Shown one piece after another: positions 31,148 to 39,387 of a stretch of DNA of 64,000 nucleotides (position 1 is its first letter; each line of letters begins with the position of its first letter). This DNA comes from an uncultured virus (IMG/VR IMGVR_UViG_3300028393_000024) (Duplodnaviria > Heunggongvirae > Uroviricota > Caudoviricetes). Position numbers and translations under genes: made by a program. Location of the stretch: the IMG/VR virus record IMGVR_UViG_3300028393_000024, one strand, 5' to 3'. The notes under the pieces are model-generated. The model saw only the letters and a program-made list of their open reading frames with translations. It did no database searches and was not told where the DNA came from.

Positions 31148-32305
31148 ATGATGGTTGATAGTTATGTAAATGAGTTTGAATCTAAACTCTTTGAGATGTT
31201 CCCCGATGTTAAAACGACATCACAGGTTTCCCGAAAGCAGATTCAATCTGTCATGGAAACAATGAAGTCTTCCAAGTATCCAACTTGGTTGATGCAAAAT
31301 AAACTCGGTCGTGGGTTATACGCGATTCCTGGTGGTAACTTCACAGCTCCCATCGTAGGTAATACCGCACTCGCACCACAGCAACCTGAAAGTGTGATTG
31401 TGGACTTTACGAACTTAGAATCCCTTGTGCCTAAAATTGATGGCAACTATGTTCCCTTTGGTAACTACAAAGATTTGGAGCGAATCGTTGCTTCAAAGCA
31501 ATTCTATCCAACTTACATCTCTGGTCCAACTGGGAATGGCAAGTCAACTTCTATTGAACAGATTTGTGCCAAGTTACAGCGACCACTGATCCGTGTCAAT
31601 CTGAATAAAATGACTGACGAAGACCAGTTGATTGGTTCTAAAACCCTTGTCGATGGTAATGTCGAAATCGTTGAGGGTCCAGTTATGATCGCAATGCGCT
31701 TGGGTATCCCCTTGTTGCTTGACGAGATTGACGCTGGTGGAGCAAACACTTTGCTTTGCTTGCAACCTATCCTTGAGGGTAAACCTTTCTACTTCAAACT
31801 GAAGAACGAGATGGTCTATCCCGCTGTTGGATTTAACATGTTTGCCACGGCAAACACAAAGGGTAAGGGTAGCGATGATGGTCGTTACATCGGTACCAAT
31901 GTTTTGAACGAAGCGTTTCTTGAGCGATTCGCAGTGACATTTAATCAGGAGTACCCTGATGCCAAAGTGGAAATTAAGATTGTTCAAAATCTTATGAAGT
32001 CCTTTGGTGTTCTTGACGAAGAATTTGCCTCAAACCTTGTTAAGTGGGCTGAAGCAATTCGTCGTACCTTTGACGCTGGTGGTGTCGATGAGACAATCAC
32101 TACTCGTCGTCTGGTTCATATTGTTCGAGCATTCTCGATCTTTAAGAATCAGAAAAAAGCAATTGAGTTGTGTACCAATCGTTTCGATGACGCAACTCGC
32201 CTTGCCTTTGTTGACTTGTTTGACAAAGTAAGTGCTGGTGAAATGATTGTTGAAGAACAAGCAGAAGTTGCACCGCAAGTCGTTGATACAGAAGTCCCAT
32301 TTTAA
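31148..32305 (+). CDS. CobS/MoxR-like AAA+ ATPase
   Basis: GPTGNGKS, LLDEID, ATANTKGKG, NEAFLERF, TTRRL. Confidence 0.85.
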   Translation: MMVDSYVNEFESKLFEMFPDVKTTSQVSRKQIQSVMETMKSSKYPTWLMQNKLGRGLYAIPGGNFTAPIVGNTALAPQQPESVIVDFTNLESLVPKIDGNYVPFGNYKDLERIVASKQFYPTYISGPTGNGKSTSIEQICAKLQRPLIRVNLNKMTDEDQLIGSKTLVDGNVEIVEGPVMIAMRLGIPLLLDEIDAGGANTLLCLQPILEGKPFYFKLKNEMVYPAVGFNMFATANTKGKGSDDGRYIGTNVLNEAFLERFAVTFNQEYPDAKVEIKIVQNLMKSFGVLDEEFASNLVKWAEAIRRTFDAGGVDETITTRRLVHIVRAFSIFKNQKKAIELCTNRFDDATRLAFVDLFDKVSAGEMIVEEQAEVAPQVVDTEVPF

Positions 32306-32324
32306 TTGAAGAAGGAAATATACC

Positions 32325-32717
32325 ATGTTGAAATTTAAAGATCTTACAAAGTCCCAGAAACAGTTTATCGTTCGCACCATTGAGAACTTTCCTGAGTATT
32401 ACTCGGAGCGTTCTTTGGGTGCTAAACAAATCCATGCATCTTATTACAAGATGAAGGATGAGCGTAGCACTTCTGGTGAGAAGTTGGGTTATCCTAACTG
32501 GTTACAAAGCAACAACCGAGTAGGTCGTGGTCAGTATCAGATGCCTTGGCCAACCGAGTCTGAATTTGCAGCATTCTCAACTGTCACAGTTACAAAAACA
32601 GATAAAGATGCAAGTAAACTCCAAAAAATAATTGACGAAAGTCCCGAAGAAGGAGTAGAATATCAATCTGACTCGGAGTTCATGGACGAACTTCGTGCTA
32701 ACGGAATTCCTGTCTAA
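32325..32717 (+). CDS. hypothetical protein
   Basis: SD AAGGA; YPNWL..N.VGRG.Y resembles YPTWL..N.LGRG.Y in the CobS-like N-terminus. Confidence 0.6.
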   Translation: MLKFKDLTKSQKQFIVRTIENFPEYYSERSLGAKQIHASYYKMKDERSTSGEKLGYPNWLQSNNRVGRGQYQMPWPTESEFAAFSTVTVTKTDKDASKLQKIIDESPEEGVEYQSDSEFMDELRANGIPV

Positions 32718-32792
32718 CAGGTTCGGTTGGGGTTTGGTTTTATTGCCATCACCATTCCCTTTTTTAATTGATGGCGTTATTATGGAGATATT

Positions 32793-33053
32793 ATGTCTAA
32801 GAAAGAACAGCTTTTAAAGCACCTGCAAGCAGGCAAAGCATTTACTGCGAAGCAAATCACTGCTTCATTTGGTATTGCTAACCCAGCTCGCCATGTTCAA
32901 GTTTTGCGTGAACAAGGTTACTGTGTATACAGCAACCCAACAACTTTGAGCAATGGTTCAGTTGCTACCAAGTATCGTATCGGCACACCAAGTCGCCGTA
33001 TCATTGCTTTGGCTCAAGCGATTGTTGGCGCACAAGCATTTACTCGTGCTTAA
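32793..33053 (+). CDS. winged-HTH-like DNA-binding protein
   Basis: LLKHLQAGKAFTAKQI...ARHVQVLREQGYCV...YRIG pattern. Confidence 0.6.
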   Translation: MSKKEQLLKHLQAGKAFTAKQITASFGIANPARHVQVLREQGYCVYSNPTTLSNGSVATKYRIGTPSRRIIALAQAIVGAQAFTRA

Positions 33054-33066
33054 TTAGTGAGTTATG

Positions 33067-33098
33067 AATGGGCATTCCTTCGGGAGTGCTCATTTGTA
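33067..33098 (+). terminator. hairpin / terminator with cUUCGg tetraloop
   Basis: ATGGGCATTCC-TTCG-GGAGTGCTCAT followed by TTG TATTT. Confidence 0.7.
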
Positions 33099-33115
33099 TT
33101 TACACTGGAGAAAGT

Positions 33116-33469
33116 ATGTCAACTAGAAAAGATATTGTAGCAGCAAGCCAAACAGCTACCACTGGTGGGCGCAAATTTGATGGTGGTAAACTTCAATATG
33201 GTTTGCTACCTCCACTTGCATTAAAAGCAACTGTAGAAATTCTAACATTTGGTGCCGAGAAATACGAACCAGATAATTGGAAGAATGTTCCTGACTCAAA
33301 GCGTAGGTACTTTGACGCAATGCAAAGACACTTATGGGCATGGAAAGAGGGAGAACAAGATGATCCCGAAACAGGTAAGAACCACTTGGCACATGCAATG
33401 TGTTGCTTGATGTTCTTATATGAACACGATGTATACTATTCTGTTGAAGAAAATAAATTTGACAAATAG
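33116..33469 (+). CDS. DUF5664-like dNTP diphosphohydrolase
   Basis: KFDGGK...LTFGAEKY..DNW...RYFDAMQRHL..W..GE..DPETG.NHLAHA; start moved to the ATG after SD GGAG. Confidence 0.75.
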   Translation: MSTRKDIVAASQTATTGGRKFDGGKLQYGLLPPLALKATVEILTFGAEKYEPDNWKNVPDSKRRYFDAMQRHLWAWKEGEQDDPETGKNHLAHAMCCLMFLYEHDVYYSVEENKFDK

Positions 33470-33487
33470 ATCGTTTTGAAGTATAAT
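33459..33487 (+). promoter_or_regulatory. consensus sigma70 promoter for gp45
   Basis: TTGACA-17-TATAAT. Confidence 0.8.
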
Positions 33488-33527
33488 GTATTATACATAT
33501 TATTATGTTAATTGAAAAGGAAATTAA

Positions 33528-34184
33528 ATGAAATTAAGCAAACAAACTGTCGAACTGTTGAAGAACTTTTCAACTATCAATAGTAACCTCTTGTTGAAAG
33601 CAGGAAACAAGATTGGTACCATCTCTGGTCCAAAAAATATTATGGCATCTTCTCCGATTGCTGAAACAATCCCAAGCGATTTTGGTATCTATGATCTAAA
33701 TGAATTCCTTGGTGCACTATCATTGTTTCAAGACCCAGACTTGACCTTCAGTCAAAAGTATGTTGACATTCGTGAGAATAACAACAGCATTAAATACTAT
33801 GCAGCTGAAGCAGCAAACCTCACTGTCCCACAGAAAGAGATTACCTTTCCCGATCCTGAGATCAACTTTCGTGTTACCTCGGCAACCTTAGATTTGGTTC
33901 GTCGTACCAGTGGTGTTCTTTCGGCACCTGACTTGGTTATCGCTGGTGATGGATCTAAGATTGTTGGTAAAGTTTGCCAGAAGAAAAATGCTTCAGCGAA
34001 CTCCTACGATGTAGATCTTGGTCCAACTGATAAGGTGTTTAATGTAAATCTTAAAGTTGAGAACTTAAAGATGGTGGCAGGAGAATATAATGTCTCAATC
34101 TCAAGCAAACGAATCAGCAGATTCGCAGGAACAAACGACCTCGTCTACTATGTCGCAGTCGAAGCCGACTCAACATTCGAGTAA
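33528..34184 (+). CDS. gp45: sliding clamp
   Basis: MKLSKQT..LLKNFSTIN, FGIYDLNEFL, YYVAVE. Confidence 0.93.
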   Translation: MKLSKQTVELLKNFSTINSNLLLKAGNKIGTISGPKNIMASSPIAETIPSDFGIYDLNEFLGALSLFQDPDLTFSQKYVDIRENNNSIKYYAAEAANLTVPQKEITFPDPEINFRVTSATLDLVRRTSGVLSAPDLVIAGDGSKIVGKVCQKKNASANSYDVDLGPTDKVFNVNLKVENLKMVAGEYNVSISSKRISRFAGTNDLVYYVAVEADSTFE

Positions 34185-34267
34185 GTATTATGTAGTGCCA
34201 GAACAAGAGGGTGAATCTGATCGCCCTCTTAATCCCTTTAGTCAACATTAATTATGAGAAATATATT

Positions 34268-34582
34268 ATGGATAAGCGAAAGAAAATACCAAACCCAAGA
34301 GTAAATCGTAAAGTATTACCACCTGAAGAACTATACACAATTGATCTTGAAACAGGCAAGAAGATTAAGAAAATGGTTTGGTGTGATTATCACAAAGACT
34401 GGGAATGGATTGCTGATTTTTATACAGAGAGTGAAGCAAAAGCCAAGCATCCTAATGATGTTAGAAATATGTGTATAGCAGCATGGGATTTAGTCAAAGG
34501 TAAAACTAACTTGGATAAAGTATCAGTTCCTAGACCTAAGAAAGAAAAATCTACAGCATCATTAATTAACTTTCTTAAATGA
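34268..34582 (+). CDS. hypothetical protein
   Basis: WC..HK.W...FY...C pattern; ends ASLINFLK. Confidence 0.55.
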   Translation: MDKRKKIPNPRVNRKVLPPEELYTIDLETGKKIKKMVWCDYHKDWEWIADFYTESEAKAKHPNDVRNMCIAAWDLVKGKTNLDKVSVPRPKKEKSTASLINFLK

Positions 34583-35127
34583 CTGAAATTCAAGATTTAG
34601 AAAAGCTGCTGAAAGATAATGAAGAGTTTAGGAAAAAGTACGGATATAATCCACACGACAATTATGTTTGGCGTGAGATTATGTCTTTTAATTACTTAAA
34701 GAATACTTATCCAACTATTCAAAAGGTAACAGGGCGATATAAAGAGGATGGAAATTGTTCTGAGTTGGGTTTAAAGTGGATTGAACATAAATCTACAAAT
34801 AAACCAATTAGAAAAAAGAGTCAAACATATAACTTTGATAAAATCTATTTTGAGTTTGATACTGGCGAAAGTAGAATGCGCCACATGCATGAGATAGATG
34901 GTTTTATATTTGGTATATATGATAGAGGTAGTTCTACACATCCAAATCCTGTAAGTATTTTATTTGTATATGGTAAGAATCTTAAAACTCTTATAAGTAT
35001 TATTGAAGAAGAAAAGAAAAGATTTTTTGATGAGGGTATACGAAAACGAGATACTATAGAAATATATTATCAAACGATCGCACCACTGGCAGAAGCATTT
35101 GGGGTTACGCCAAAACCAATTTTATAA
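34579..35127 (+). CDS. putative PD-(D/E)xK restriction-like endonuclease
   Basis: GR.KEDG...IEHKS motif; AT-rich; inserted between gp45 and gp44. Confidence 0.4.
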   Translation: MTEIQDLEKLLKDNEEFRKKYGYNPHDNYVWREIMSFNYLKNTYPTIQKVTGRYKEDGNCSELGLKWIEHKSTNKPIRKKSQTYNFDKIYFEFDTGESRMRHMHEIDGFIFGIYDRGSSTHPNPVSILFVYGKNLKTLISIIEEEKKRFFDEGIRKRDTIEIYYQTIAPLAEAFGVTPKPIL

Positions 35128-35145
35128 CATTATGGAGTTTATATT

Positions 35146-36081
35146 ATGAGTGAGTTTCTTTGGGTTGAAAAGTATCGACCACAGACCATTGACGACTGTA
35201 TCCTGCCTGACTCTTTGAAGAAAACCTTCAAGGAGTTTATCGCATCTGGACAGTTACCAAACTTTTTGTTCTGTGGTACGGCAGGTGTCGGTAAGACCAC
35301 AGTTGCCAAGGCACTATGCAATGAGATCGGTGCCGAGTTCCTATTGATAAATGGTTCAGAAGAATCTGGTATCGATGTTCTTCGTACCAAGATTAAGTCC
35401 TTTGCTTCCACTGTATCTCTTACAGATTCTAAAAAGGTAGTTATCCTTGACGAAGCAGACTATCTCAATGCCAACTCTACTCAGCCAGCTCTGCGTGGAT
35501 TCATTGAGGAGTTCTCTAACAACTGCCGATTTATCTTTACATGTAACTTTAAGAACCGAATCATCGAGCCTCTTCATAGTCGGTGTTCAGTTGTAGAGTT
35601 TAAGATTGACAACAAAGATAAACAACAAATCGCTGCCAACTTCTTCAAACGAGCAGCAGGTATTCTTAAGGATGAAGGTATTGAGTTTGATCCAAAGGTA
35701 GTTGCCGAAGTTGTTACCAAACACTTCCCTGACTATCGTAGGATTCTAAACGAACTTCAACGCTACTCTGTCGCAGGCAAGATTGACTCTGGGATTCTTG
35801 TAAACTTATCTCAAGAATCATTTCGCGAACTCGTTGGCTTCCTGAAGGAAAAGAAATTCGCAGATGTACGCAAGTGGGTCGCTAAGAATTCTGACATTGA
35901 AACTACACAGTTGTTCAAAGAACTGTATGACAATGCCGTTGACTTTCTAGATGCTTCAACTGTTCATCATCTTGTTTTGATTCTGGCAGACTACCAATAT
36001 AAAGCAGCATTCGTAGCTGACCATGAACTTAACACAGTCGCAGCGATGACTGAGATAATGATTCAATGCAAGTTTAAGTGA
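35146..36081 (+). CDS. gp44: clamp loader large subunit
   Basis: LWVEKYRP, GTAGVGKTT, ILDEAD, SRC. Confidence 0.95.
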   Translation: MSEFLWVEKYRPQTIDDCILPDSLKKTFKEFIASGQLPNFLFCGTAGVGKTTVAKALCNEIGAEFLLINGSEESGIDVLRTKIKSFASTVSLTDSKKVVILDEADYLNANSTQPALRGFIEEFSNNCRFIFTCNFKNRIIEPLHSRCSVVEFKIDNKDKQQIAANFFKRAAGILKDEGIEFDPKVVAEVVTKHFPDYRRILNELQRYSVAGKIDSGILVNLSQESFRELVGFLKEKKFADVRKWVAKNSDIETTQLFKELYDNAVDFLDASTVHHLVLILADYQYKAAFVADHELNTVAAMTEIMIQCKFK

Positions 36082-36088
36082 GGTTGCC

Positions 36089-36412
36089 ATGTTAGAAATA
36101 ATTGTACTGGTAATCATACTGTTTGGTGTTTGGTATCTTGGCGCACTGTTTGGTTGGCAAGCACATGAGCGTATGCTTCGTAGGAACATTCGTTATTCAA
36201 TTAATGAGTTCCAAGAATATGTTGAAGACACTTACATAAAAATTAAAATTGAAAAGCACAATGATATGTTATATGTATATGACAATACGACACATGCTTT
36301 TATGGCTCAAGGCAAAACACGCAAAGACATTGAACAAGAGTTACAAAATAAGTTTCCAGGTAAAAGATTTGCTGCACAAACCGAAGAGATCTCATTGTTG
36401 GGGACAGAATAA
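36089..36412 (+). CDS. hypothetical membrane-anchored protein
   Basis: N-terminal hydrophobic helix; SD GAGG. Confidence 0.6.
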   Translation: MLEIIVLVIILFGVWYLGALFGWQAHERMLRRNIRYSINEFQEYVEDTYIKIKIEKHNDMLYVYDNTTHAFMAQGKTRKDIEQELQNKFPGKRFAAQTEEISLLGTE

Positions 36413-36792
36413 TGTCACCCTTTGACTTTCTAAATGCAATAAACACAACCAAGAAGGATCTGATTCGTGAAGATCCATTGAACGAGAAGGACTATACTCC
36501 GTTCATGGTAAACAGGGGTTTATCTTATTTCGCCGACACAGTTATGATGGCCAATGAGATGAATAGGAATTCTGGCATTCCCAAGAAATGGCAGAATGAT
36601 TTCTTGCTAAATACAATTAGCAAGAAGAAGCGATTTTCAAAGTGGCACAAAAAAGACGCTGATGATAGGAAACTTCTTCTAATCATGGAATACTATAAAT
36701 ATTCTACTGAGAGAGCCAAAGAGGTTATGGACATAGTGAGTCCTGACCAGTTGACTATGATAGAAGAAAAACTATATAAAGGTGGAAAATAA
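36412..36792 (+). CDS. gp62: clamp loader small subunit
   Basis: PFDFLNAIN, YTPFMVNRGLS, ANEMN, KRFSKW, YYKYS. Confidence 0.9.
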   Translation: MSPFDFLNAINTTKKDLIREDPLNEKDYTPFMVNRGLSYFADTVMMANEMNRNSGIPKKWQNDFLLNTISKKKRFSKWHKKDADDRKLLLIMEYYKYSTERAKEVMDIVSPDQLTMIEEKLYKGGK

Positions 36793-37217
36793 TGTCTGTT
36801 GAAATGATATACTATGACTGGACGCCAGATTCTATGCTGGAAGTCCTGTTACCTGAACCTGATAATTTTTTGAAGATTCGCGAAACCCTTACACGCATCG
36901 GGATCGCTTCCAGAAAAGAACAAAAATTATATCAGTCTTGCCATATCTTGCATAAACAGGGTAGGTATTTTATTGTTCACTTCAAGGAACTGTTTGCATT
37001 GGATGGTAAAGAATCCAATATAACTTCCAATGATATTGAGCGTAGAAATACAGTGGCAGGATTGTTACAAGATTGGGGATTGCTGAAGATTGTGGACAAC
37101 ACAAAGGCAGAACCAAAAGTCTCTTTGTCGCAAATTAAAGTTGTGGCATACAAAGAGAAAGCAGAATGGGAATTAGTTCCTAAATATAATATTGGTAAGA
37201 AAATTACCACTAAATAA
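36792..37217 (+). CDS. regA: translational repressor RegA
   Basis: DNFLKIRETLTRIGIAS, LYQSCHILHKQGRYFIVHFKELF. Confidence 0.95.
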   Translation: MSVEMIYYDWTPDSMLEVLLPEPDNFLKIRETLTRIGIASRKEQKLYQSCHILHKQGRYFIVHFKELFALDGKESNITSNDIERRNTVAGLLQDWGLLKIVDNTKAEPKVSLSQIKVVAYKEKAEWELVPKYNIGKKITTK

Positions 37218-37239
37218 TTTTACATAACTTGGAGTAAAA

Positions 37240-37422
37240 ATGAACATCAAACTTGAATTGAGCATCGATGAAGTTAACACTGTATTGCGTGTGCTAGGTA
37301 AACATCCTTTTGAGGAAGTTGTTTCCTTGGTTGGTAAGATCAAACAACAGGGTGACCCACAGGCAGAAGCATTGGCTAAAGAAGCAGAAGAAGCTGCCAA
37401 AACAGCTGCACCTGCTGCATAA
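37240..37422 (+). CDS. small hypothetical protein
   Basis: SD GGAG; late-like promoter ACTAAATA at 37209-37216. Confidence 0.65.
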   Translation: MNIKLELSIDEVNTVLRVLGKHPFEEVVSLVGKIKQQGDPQAEALAKEAEEAAKTAAPAA

Positions 37423-37430
37423 GAATTCAC

Positions 37431-37561
37431 CTTAGGACCGCTAAGAAACGAATCGCATAAAGCTGGTAGTGCGTTAAGTTACCGCTGGATCCAGTAACCA
37501 GCAACCCTCTATGCCCATTTGGGGTAGAGTATTTTTAAACTCGCTTAATAGGAGAACTACT
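37431..37561 (+). promoter_or_regulatory. structured 5' leader of hsp20, ROSE-like RNA thermometer candidate
   Basis: Several hairpins; the last pairs CTCGCT with SD AGGAG. Confidence 0.55.
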
Positions 37562-38077
37562 ATGGGTAATTCATTACCACACCTTGCATTATTTGGTCCA
37601 GGATTTAAGGACTTCGACAAATTCTTTGTCGGCTTTGATGAATCAGCAAAACAATTACAATCGTTACATGCTGATCTAACTAAAAACATCCCCAACTACC
37701 CACCATACAACATTCGCAAGAATGATGAGAACTCATACACGATTGAGATCGCTGTTGCTGGCTTCGGACAGAACGAGATCGACATTGAAATTGATGGTGG
37801 TAAATTAGTTGTTAAGGGTAATATGGACGCAAGTCTTGATGCTCTAGAAGATAACTTCTTGTTCAAAGGTATCGCTACTCGTGCATTTACACGTGCCTTT
37901 GCTATCGATGATCACATCGAAGTTAAGAACGCAGAACTATTCAATGGTATGTTGAAGATTGCTTTGGAGCGTTTGGTTCCTGAAGAAAAGAAACCAAAGA
38001 AAGTTCCTGTGAATGTTAAAGGTAAGAAGACACTTTTACAGGAGAACGAATATGACAATGCTGCAGAAAGTCTTTAA
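37562..38077 (+). CDS. hsp20: small heat-shock protein (Hsp20/IbpA-like)
   Basis: NYPPYNI, IEIAVAGF, KGIATRAFTRAF, NGMLKIALER.VPE. Confidence 0.93.
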   Translation: MGNSLPHLALFGPGFKDFDKFFVGFDESAKQLQSLHADLTKNIPNYPPYNIRKNDENSYTIEIAVAGFGQNEIDIEIDGGKLVVKGNMDASLDALEDNFLFKGIATRAFTRAFAIDDHIEVKNAELFNGMLKIALERLVPEEKKPKKVPVNVKGKKTLLQENEYDNAAESL

Positions 38078-38171
38078 TCCGATTGGTAAATTTTTCAGTC
38101 TAATGGTTGAAGCACTTGTTGAGGCACGTAAAGCCAGAGCAGATGCAATCACCAAAGGGATTGGAAGATAA
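38052..38171 (+). CDS. small hypothetical protein (39 aa, not in ORF track)
   Basis: AGGAG SD, then MTMLQKVFNPIGKFFSLMVEALVEARKARADAITKGIGR, followed by a hairpin. Confidence 0.45.
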   Translation: MTMLQKVFNPIGKFFSLMVEALVEARKARADAITKGIGR

Positions 38172-38192
38172 AACAATTCTAGAGAAGTAATA

Positions 38193-38219
38193 GAGTGGGG
38201 ACTTGTTCCCCACTTCTTC
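38193..38219 (+). terminator. hairpin terminator
   Basis: AGTGGGGA-CTTGT-TCCCCACT followed by TCTT. Confidence 0.6.
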
Positions 38220-38237
38220 ATGAGACTAAATAGTTTT

Positions 38238-38450
38238 ATGAAGAAAAAAGCAAGCGTATTTCCAAACATGGTAACATATGTTCCTATCCGAAGAAAGGAT
38301 TGGGTGCTTAAGATTTCAATCTTTAAAAACAACTCTATACTTGTTGTTGGTTATAATGTTTATACATTTTCTATTATCGTGAGACAGTTCGATGAGCCAG
38401 ATCTAGCTGCTTCTTTTATTGACTTTATGGTAGAACAGGAAGAATTATGA
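38238..38450 (+). CDS. hypothetical protein
   Basis: ATG lies 5 nt after the late-like promoter ACTAAATA (38225-38232). Confidence 0.55.
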   Translation: MKKKASVFPNMVTYVPIRRKDWVLKISIFKNNSILVVGYNVYTFSIIVRQFDEPDLAASFIDFMVEQEEL

Positions 38451-38755
38451 CAGTGAAAGTTTATAAGATGATTAATGGTGAAGATATTATTGGTGAGGAA
38501 GTAAAAGCCGATAGTGCTAACTATATTATTAAATCTCCAGCACAAGTTGTGCTGCAAAGAACAGAAACAGGTATGGGTGTTGCTCTAGCACCTTATATGC
38601 CTTTTGCTTCTGGCGACATTAGATTGTACTACTCAGCAATTGCTGCAGAGTGCACTCCAGATCAAAACATGATCAATGAATACAACAGAATCTTTGGATC
38701 AGGCATTCAGGTAGCCCCAGCATCTGCCCTTGCAGGTTTGCAAATAGCAAAATAA
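38447..38755 (+). CDS. hypothetical protein (Sm-like, common in T4-like phages)
   Basis: KMINGEDIIG...YNRIFGSGI. Confidence 0.65.
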   Translation: MTVKVYKMINGEDIIGEEVKADSANYIIKSPAQVVLQRTETGMGVALAPYMPFASGDIRLYYSAIAAECTPDQNMINEYNRIFGSGIQVAPASALAGLQIAK

Positions 38756-38758
38756 CCC

Positions 38759-38787
38759 TTGACATTTAATGGCGTTTCAGGTATAAT
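38759..38787 (+). promoter_or_regulatory. consensus sigma70 promoter
   Basis: TTGACA-17-TATAAT, preceded by an ATAACCC half-site. Confidence 0.8.
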
Positions 38788-38823
38788 AATACTTGAGACG
38801 CTATTTTCCATTGGAGATTTATT

Positions 38824-39387
38824 ATGTTTATGTTCGATATTGAGACTCTTGATGCAGAGTCCACAGCTGTAGTTTTGTCAGCGTCAATCATTCACTTTGA
38901 TATTGGCGAGCAGTATACTTATGACGAACTGATGAACAATTCTTTGTTTGTTAAATTTGATGCCAAAGAACAAATCGCAATGAAGCGTTCTATCGACAAG
39001 GGAACTGTTGATTGGTGGGCAGGACAACATGAATATGTTCGCAGTATTTCTTTGGCTCCCAAGAAAGATGACTTGACTTCTCTTGATGGAATTAATAAAA
39101 TAAAAGAATATATCGCAAAGTATCCAGAGAAAGACCAAACCTTTTGGGCTCGTGGTTCGCTTGATCAAATGTGTATTGATAGTTTGTGTAAGTCAGTTAA
39201 AGTTGATTTAATTACAAACTACAATGTTTGGCGTGATGTTCGAACAGCAGTTGACTTACTTTGTGAGACAGGTAAGAATGGCTACTGTGATATTGTTCAT
39301 CCTACCTTTCAACGACACAATGTTATCAAGCATCACCCAACTCATGACTGTGCCTTGGATATTATGATGTTAATTTATGGGAAATAA
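38824..39387 (+). CDS. DEDDh 3'-5' exonuclease (DexA-like)
   Basis: FDIETL, WARGSLD, RDVRT, HHPTHDCALD. Confidence 0.8.
   Translation: MFMFDIETLDAESTAVVLSASIIHFDIGEQYTYDELMNNSLFVKFDAKEQIAMKRSIDKGTVDWWAGQHEYVRSISLAPKKDDLTSLDGINKIKEYIAKYPEKDQTFWARGSLDQMCIDSLCKSVKVDLITNYNVWRDVRTAVDLLCETGKNGYCDIVHPTFQRHNVIKHHPTHDCALDIMMLIYGK

Noticed and set aside
28680..32305. Cobalamin biosynthesis (cobT/cobS) as auxiliary metabolism
   Set aside because: No cobN or other cob genes; generic vWA/MoxR pairs are common in T4-like phages
33116..33469. dZ (2-aminoadenine) genome
   Set aside because: No purZ or HD-family dATPase visible in the window
37423..37561. tRNA gene in the longest structured intergenic region
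   Set aside because: No T-loop GTTCRA, no cloverleaf and no CCA end; no tRNA recognised anywhere in the window
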